A DNA stretch of 62,538 nucleotides, from contig JABABL010000004.1 in assembly GCA_014238225.1 (NCBI GenBank), positions 1-62,538 of the forward strand, written 5' to 3'. Within the stretch, counting starts at the first letter, position 1. The number at the start of each line of letters is the position of its first letter. Made by a program: the position numbers and the translations under genes. The notes beneath the pieces are model-generated. The model ran no database searches, was not told where the DNA came from, and was given only the letters and a program-made list of their open reading frames with translations. Source of the stretch: Mycoplasmatales bacterium. Its GTDB lineage: Bacteria > Bacillota_I > Bacilli_A > Mycoplasmatales > JABAAY01. Of this stretch, positions 55,709-62,538 are shown piece after piece.

Positions 55709-55972
55709 CTAGGTATAGTAGTATCCAGGTGTGTAATTAACGTTATTGTTAATCTCTTTTGGTTTTTCACCTGACATGGATCATTCAGCAGAAAAACCAC
55801 CGGGTAATGTTATCTTTGCTTCTTCTGCTGATCACAACTGTTTGGCAGTAGGAATAGCAATGATTGAGAATTCTACAACACCTATTAAGGAATTTATAAA
55901 TCCACCAACATCAAATGCTCCACCGTAAATTTCCATCATTTCTTCGTCATTAATTTTTTTTCAATTTTCCAT
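55709..55972 (-). CDS. Double-glycine-leader secreted peptide precursor (bacteriocin-like), 87 aa
   Basis: Manual code-4 translation MENWKKINDEEMMEIYGG|AFDVGGFINSLIGVVEFSIIAIPTAKQLWSAEEAKITLPGGFSAEWSMSGEKPKEINNNVNYTPGYYYT; strong SD GGAGGAG at 55983-55977. Confidence 0.8.
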
Positions 55973-56024
55973 ATAACTCCTCCATTTATATAGGATGAAA
56001 TTAGAGTAGTAATGGATAAATCAA

Positions 56025-56495
56025 CTACCCAATGAACATAATTTTTACAGAGTAAGGTTTATTAATGCCTTTGATATTGACAATATCCCCAACGCTGTGT
56101 GTTAAAAGAGCTCTTGCGAGTGGAGATTCATTTGAAATCCTTGTTTGCTTTTCGGTTAAATTAACTTCTAGTGGTCCTACAATCAATATTTCTCTTTCTA
56201 TGTTAGTCTTCGTGTTTAAGTACTTAACTTTGCTACCCAATCTAATAACAGAATTGTCTTTTTCACTTTCTATTATTATTGAATGAGCCAAAATATTTTC
56301 TAGTTCTTTAATTTGTGACTCAATTTTCGCCTGATTATTTCTTGCTGCATCGTAATCAGCATTTTCACTTAAATCTCCCTGTTCACGCGCTGTAGTAAGT
56401 TCTTCAATGACTCTAGGTCTTTGAACGTTTATTAAATCTTTTAAGGTTTCTCTTTTTTCTGCTTGGCCTTGTTTTGTTAAATATATTTTTCTCAT
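56025..56495 (-). CDS. greA: Transcription elongation factor GreA
   Basis: AREQGDLSENADYDAAR, ISNESPLARAL; AGGAG before ATG 56495. Confidence 0.96.
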   Translation of the reverse strand: MRKIYLTKQGQAEKRETLKDLINVQRPRVIEELTTAREQGDLSENADYDAARNNQAKIESQIKELENILAHSIIIESEKDNSVIRLGSKVKYLNTKTNIEREILIVGPLEVNLTEKQTRISNESPLARALLTHSVGDIVNIKGINKPYSVKIMFIG

Positions 56496-56555
56496 AGTGC
56501 TCCTTGGACATTTCTTATTATAAAGAAACATTTTATTTATGTGTTTATTAAATGG

Positions 56556-59273
56556 TTAATTAATGTTTTTTAATCCATTCACTAAAATTGTTTTCAATTC
56601 TGCAACAGTGTTTTCGTTGTTCAAAATAACGCCCTGAGCAAAAGAAGGTTTGCCACCTCCGCGAATTGAAAAGGAAGATTTAAAAATACCTAATATAATT
56701 GTGGAATTTATACCCGAACCAATGAGTGCTTGACTACATCAGATAACAAATGTATACCTGTTATTTTCATTCTTTTGAATGAGTATTATCAATAATTTTT
56801 CAGATGTTTTAATAATTTTGTCACATGCTTCTTTATATACAGTGATGTCGTCGTTGATTTCTTGGAGTAAATATTTAAAATTTGCAATTTTCTTAATGTT
56901 ATTTTCTAATTCGTTTTCGTATTTAACGTCGTACTTATCTTTTTTAGTGCTTTTTTTGTCAACAATAATTTTGTTACTTTTCAAAAAATAGATTTGTTCT
57001 TTCAGATAAAAATAATCTTCAAAAGTTATGTTTTCTTTTGACAGTATTTTTCTAATCGTGGAATATTTGTGATGATGTTCTGGTAAATCAGATATTGGTG
57101 CTTTTTTTAAAAACTCATGATGTAGGTTAATAAATTCTTTTTTATACATCTTTAAATAATCGGCTATGGTGTTGCTGGTGGTGCAAGCTTCAATTCGTCA
57201 ATTATGCAATCCATTTTTGCGAAAGTCCGTTATTAAAAATTTTTGAAGTTGTTGTGTATTAGAGGAATGTGTTCCGCCGCACAATTCCTTCGAAAAATCA
57301 CCATAACTTAGAACTCTTACTTTTTCAGAATATGTATCCGGAAACAAAGCTAGTGCTCCTTCATCTATTGCTTTTTCATAAGTTGTCACACGAATATTTT
57401 GCTCATGTGATTCTTCAATTCATTTATTGACCTGTTCATTTACTTTTCGTATGGTGTTTCAATTTATTCCAAGATGGTGAATAAAATCAAAACGAAAATT
57501 TTTGACTCCCACCTTGCTACCGTTCTGAGTTACATGAGGACCTAGAATTTTTCTCAATGCTGCGTTGAGAAGGTGAGTGGCAGTATGGTTACATGCAATG
57601 GCGTATCTGTTTTCTTTATTTATAGTTAAAGATGCTTTATCGCCAGTTTTAATTTTACCAACACCATAACCGTAATGTAAGTTGACATTATTTGTAGTGT
57701 GCAAGACATTGTCAACTACAAAATAATTATCTTTATCAATAATTATTTTCCCAGTATCAGCTATTTGTCCGCCTCTTTCTGCATAAAAAATAGTTTTATC
57801 TAGAACGATTATTCCTTTTTGATTATTAGAAATAGAACCATTTATTTCATCATCAGTGATGATTGCAAGGACATTGCTTTTAGATAAGGAGTCTTTCCCA
57901 TAAACGAATTCAGTTTTTACTCCTAATATTTTAGATTCTATTCCACTAATTTCTTTCATGGCTTCTGTAAATTTAATAGCTTTTTTTGATAATTCTGTGT
58001 GTTTGGAATATTCATTTTCAAATTCTTGTTTGTTTATTTGTTTTTTATTGTTGGTAAAATAATCTTCTATATACTCAAATGGCAATCCAAAAGTACTAAA
58101 AAGACGAAAAACTTCTTTTCCTTCTATAGTTGATTTTTTGGAATTAACCAACACTTCTTGTAAAATGCTGTGTCCAGATTTGCACACATTATCAAAGGAT
58201 ATCTCTTCGCCAAGAATAATTTCTTTAATAAATGCTTCTTTTTCTCTTAACACTTTGTATTCATTTCCGTATATTTGAATAACACTTTTCACTAAGTTGA
58301 AAAGAAATGGTTCAGTTAATCCTATTTTTTTACCGAATGTATTGGCTCTACGTATTAACCTTCTCATTACATAGCCTCTGTCTTTGTTACTAGGAAGCAC
58401 TCCATCACCCAATCCAAAACAAATTGTCTTTATATGGTCAACAATGATTCTTCTGTAGATAAGAAGTGTTTTTTCATCTAATTTATGAGTTGTATTTTTA
58501 AGCATATTGTCAAAACGTTCTAAAATCGGTGTGAACAAAGATATTTCGTAAATGGTGTTTGCGTTTTCTTTAATCATGTGCAATCTTTCTAAACCTGCAC
58601 CTGTGTCTATGTTTTTTTTGGGTAAATCCTCATATTTATCATTCCCCAAAAAATTATATTGTGAAAAGACAATATTTCAAATTTCGATATATCTATCGTT
58701 CTCTAAGTCGTGTTTTAAAAGGTCTGTTCCTTTGTTTTTTAAGTCTCACACTTCACCTCGATCATAAAATATTTCGGTATTAGGGCCGCATGGTCCTTCT
58801 CCAACTTGTCAGAAATTAGTTTTTTTTGGACATTTGATAATATGTTTAGTAGGAATTTTAATAATGTCTTTCCAAATTTCGTATGTCTCCTTATCTTTTT
58901 CATAAACTGTTACAAATAAACGTTCTTTTTTTAAATTTAAATACTGAGGACTCGTTAAAAATTCCCATGCATAGATAATGGCGTCTTTTTTAAAATAATT
59001 ACCTATTGAAAAGTTTCCTAGCATTTCGAAAAAAGAAAGGTGTCGCGCGTCAAACCCTATGCTTCCAATATCTATTGTTCTAATACATTTTTGGGAAGAT
59101 ACCATTCTTAAAGATGGCGGTGTTTTTCGTCCTGTAAAAAATGGTTTTAAAGCAGCAATGCCTGAATTAATTCACAGCAATGAGTTATCTTTAAAAGGAA
59201 CTAAACTGGAGCTTTGTAAAAGATAATGACCTCTACTTACAAAAAAATCTTTAAACTTTTTTCTTATATCCAT
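56556..59273 (-). CDS. alaS: Alanine--tRNA ligase
   Basis: LLWINSG, RHLSFFEMLGNFS, IDTGAGLER, FYAERGGQ, NHTATHLL, ELCGGTH, GGGKPSFAQG. Confidence 0.96.
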
Positions 59274-60123
59274 GATTAAAAATTTCTCTTAATATTTTAG
59301 CTGTTTCCACTGGTCTTTCAAAGAAAGGATTATGACCGCATTCATCAATTAGATATGTTCTTTTTTTTGTTCCCAAATGAGCTTCTACAGATTTTTGCAT
59401 ATCTTCAGTAGTTAATCTGTCGCTTTTCCCTCTCATAATATAAAGATTGTTAAGTTTGGGTATGTAAGCATTTATGTTTTTATGTAATTCAAAATAAGCA
59501 ATGTTTTGCATCACAACATTCACACTGTGTTTGAAGTTTTTTCATTGAAAAGCTATTGCCCTTCTTCTAGCGATGGCAATGAATCAGCGTGGCAATTTGT
59601 CATGATAAAGAAACTTGATTCACTCAGCGTGTTGTTTTTTTGTTAGGTAAATGACTCTTCTTAAATTCATAAAATTTTTAGGATCAGCAATTTTAGGTGT
59701 GACAAAGCCCGCAAGAGTAATGGTTTTAATTTGATTTTTTATTTTGGAAGAAAGCATTTGTGCATACATAGTGGAGAAAGAATGTAATACTATATGATCT
59801 ACTTTCACCGGTAAAACATTAATGACATCGGAAACAGTTTTGCCATACCATTCAACAGTAGGATTAACATGTGCCTCAATTTTTGTGTCGCTAAAACCAG
59901 GTAAAGAAATAAGAACTATATTGTAATCTTGAAGCAATTCTGAAACCGAAGAGTAAACAAGGTGACTAGAACCAAAACCGTGAACAAAAACTATTGTTTC
60001 TTTTTTGCCGTTATCAACGTAATAGTAATGACAAACTACATCGTTTAAACGAATTGTATTTGCTTGCCTTTTTGTCATCTTTATAAAAGCCTTGAAATTT
60101 TGGAAATTTGTCATTCGTTTCAT
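59251..60123 (-). CDS. Alpha/beta hydrolase (lipase/esterase-like)
   Basis: VFVHGFG, SLPGF, atypical elbow LHSFS, GKSD, CGHNPFFE. Confidence 0.8.
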
Positions 60124-61257
60124 TTATATTGTGGTTCCTGACATTAATTTTACACTTTCAATGACACCGCCGCCTAAACAAATATCTTTATCGTAGATGA
60201 CCGCGAATTGTCCTGGTGTAATAAATTTAGTTTTATCTAGTACTTTTAAATTTAGTTTGTTGTCCACTTTAGTGATTTTAATTTTTTTGAAGCTCTGGTT
60301 GTATCGAAACTTGCACAACAATGTTTTATTGAGTATTTTTTTCTCACTCGAACCAGAAATATAGTTAAAATTTTTTACAGTGCAGAACGTGGCTACCATA
60401 TTGCTTTCATTACTTCCCTTTGTTACAAAAAGAGTGTTTTGAGATACATTCTTTTTACAAACAAAATACCTTTCCTCATTTCCAGAAAGATTTAGAAATT
60501 TTCGTTGGCCGATTGTATAAAACTCTATTCCATTGTGCTGTCCTATGATTTTATTGGTATCTGTATCAACGATATTTCCTGTGTGTTTGGGAATATAATT
60601 TTGAAGGAACTCCTCAAAATTTCTTTCGCCTATAAAACATATCCCAGTTGAGTCTTTCTTTTCCGATAAACTTTTATCCACTTGCGAAACAATTAGTCTA
60701 ACGTCTTTCTTCAGGATGTTTTCAAGAGGAAATATTACATTTTGTAATCTAGAATTAAAAATATTACTTAAAAAATATGTTTGATCTTTCCCCTTGTCTT
60801 TAGGAATTATCAGTAATGGTGTATTGTTATCGTATTGAATTTTTGCATAATGCCCTGTAGCAATTTTATAATTTGGAAATTTTTTCTCAATATAATCAAT
60901 AAAAGAACCAAATTTTATGTACTTATTACAAAAAACATCTGGATTAGGGGTTATGCCTTTACTTAAATCTTTTAAAAAATGGTCAAATACCCTGCTTTTA
61001 TATTCCTCAATGAATTCAACTTTTTCTACAGGAATTTGGAGCTTTTTTCCTATTCTTCTTACATCTTCTCAATCCTTAGTGGAAGTACATTGCTCTTTAA
61101 AATTTATTTCGCCATTTAGAAAACTATCTCAGTTTTCCATAAATACTCCTGTAACTTCTCAACCATTTTTCTTTAAAATTATTGCTGCAGCTGAACTGTC
61201 AACTCCTCCGCTCATTCCTACTACCACTTTTTTTGTAGTTGGATTATTTTGCATCAT
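60124..61257 (-). CDS. mnmA: tRNA-specific 2-thiouridylase
   Basis: GMSGGVDSS, TPNPDVFCN, ATGHYA, KDQTYF, KKDSTGICFIG, TIGQR, TPGQ. Confidence 0.97.
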
Positions 61258-62125
61258 TGAATAAATTCTCCAATTTTTCAGCAAATTCATACGGTAATTC
61301 AGCCATCGGATTATGGCCAGAATTATTAAAACTAGTTAGTTGTTGAAATTTAGGAATACATTTTGATAACCAAGCTGAATTACTATAAAAAACTATTCCA
61401 TCTTGAATTCCTCAGAATAATCAAGTATCAACATTGATTTTCTTATATGTCTTCTCCATGTTTCCGTTATAGGAGTCAGATAATGTCAATAATAACAATG
61501 CCAAATTAAATCCTATTTTTTTGCAATTGTTTTTTGCTATTGCTTGAAAAACTAAATTTTCTATTAATGGTATTTTCTTGGGAGTTTGAAAATAAGAAAG
61601 TTCCCTTGTTCTTTTAATTTCTTCAGAGGAGGTCATAAATAAGAACATTGCATCAGATGCATTTCTTAAATTAAAAACAAACGGTGTTACGGGAGAGACA
61701 AGGAGCAATTTATGTTTTGTTTTTAACCTATTACTCAATAGACTTGCAATGTAACCGCCCATAGAATGACCAATTATGTGTAAATTAGTAATTTTAAGAT
61801 CTTTTATTAATCGTTCACATTTCTCTGCATAAAAATCCATGCTTTCAACAATCGAGACATCGCTAATTTTGCTTTTTCCATATCCTGGAAGTTCAAAAAC
61901 ATAAATATTGAATTTTTTTATACAAGTTATAAAGGTTAAATATAAAATTATGTTCGAATTAAATCCCGGGATTAAAACTATGTTGCGTGTGGAATTATTA
62001 TCTACAAAAAGATATCTCATTTTGGTATCACCGTAATTGATGACATCGGATTTTCATTGTATGGGAAATTTAGAAAGAAAATTTTTAAGTGCTTTGCTTC
62101 CTGAATGCGCTTCTTTAAATTTCAT
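61244..62125 (-). CDS. Alpha/beta hydrolase (lipase/esterase-like)
   Basis: IPGF, ELPGYG, GHSMGG, WGIQD, SGHNPM. Confidence 0.88.
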
Positions 62126-62126
62126 G

Positions 62127-62411
62127 TTATGCCTTTAAATTATTATGTGTTTGTGTTTGCTTTATTGGTTCTGTTTCAGTTGTTTTGGAATCATTTTTTT
62201 GGATTGATTTTCAAGTAACAATTAACTTAGTAAAATTAACTAATCACAAAACGTTAGCAACTACAAAAAACACTACTCAAATTCAAAGAAAAAAATCTCT
62301 TCAAAACAAAACATTTTCTCTAAAAGCAAAGAAACTACCCGCTAAAACAAACATTCCGGTAACTATTCAAAAGTAGGTTAAAAAAAACATAAGTCATTTT
62401 CTTTTTCTCAT
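62127..62411 (-). CDS. Small Trp-rich two-TM membrane protein
   Basis: Manual translation, 94 aa with 7 TGA-Trp; two hydrophobic segments; TATAAT 6 nt upstream of ATG. Confidence 0.6.
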
Positions 62412-62538
62412 TAGTTAATTATATACAACTGTTCTACAAGACAGCAGTTTTCTTATATTTTTCAATAACATCTGCATATTTTTTTGCAATCAGTTTTTTT
62501 TGTTCAATTTTGTATATTTTAGATTTGTTGTTTATTTT

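Noticed and set aside
62424-62538. Possible 3' end of an upstream - strand gene
   Set aside because: Too short to fix the frame or product.

Overview
AT-rich, gene-dense chromosome segment of a Mollicutes bacterium. It uses genetic code 4: TGA is Trp, and it falls at conserved Trp positions in rpoD, aspS, yebC, trx and others, so the supplied ORF track is fragmented. All CDS coordinates below were re-joined by reading through TGA. The window is mostly housekeeping genes in Bacillus-like order: ybeY-dgkA-era-glyQS-dnaG-rpoD-trmK, pepP-efp-nusB-(ispA relic)-dxs, ruvAB-comN-secDF-apt-rel-hisS-aspS and rplU-prp-rpmA-obg. MEP isoprenoid genes (dxs, ispG, ispH) are retained. I saw no rRNA, tRNA, CRISPR array or IS element. 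Four signals stand out. (1) An 87-aa ORF missed by the ORF track carries a textbook double-glycine leader (MENWKKINDEEMMEIYGG) and is the likely substrate of a C39-peptidase ABC exporter plus accessory protein about 44 kb away, i.e. a candidate secreted bacteriocin or signalling-peptide system. (2) Lys is nearly absent (and His/Cys rare) in the large extracellular domains of three unrelated proteins, although the cytoplasmic proteins are Lys-rich. (3) A TAnAAT box lies exactly 6 nt before the start codon of at least 11 genes, suggesting leaderless mRNAs. (4) A CrtI-like oxidoreductase is fused to an SCP2-like domain, and there is a degenerate prenyltransferase and a SecDF lacking its proton-relay aspartates. 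All assignments come from manual translation and motif recognition; no database searches were run.
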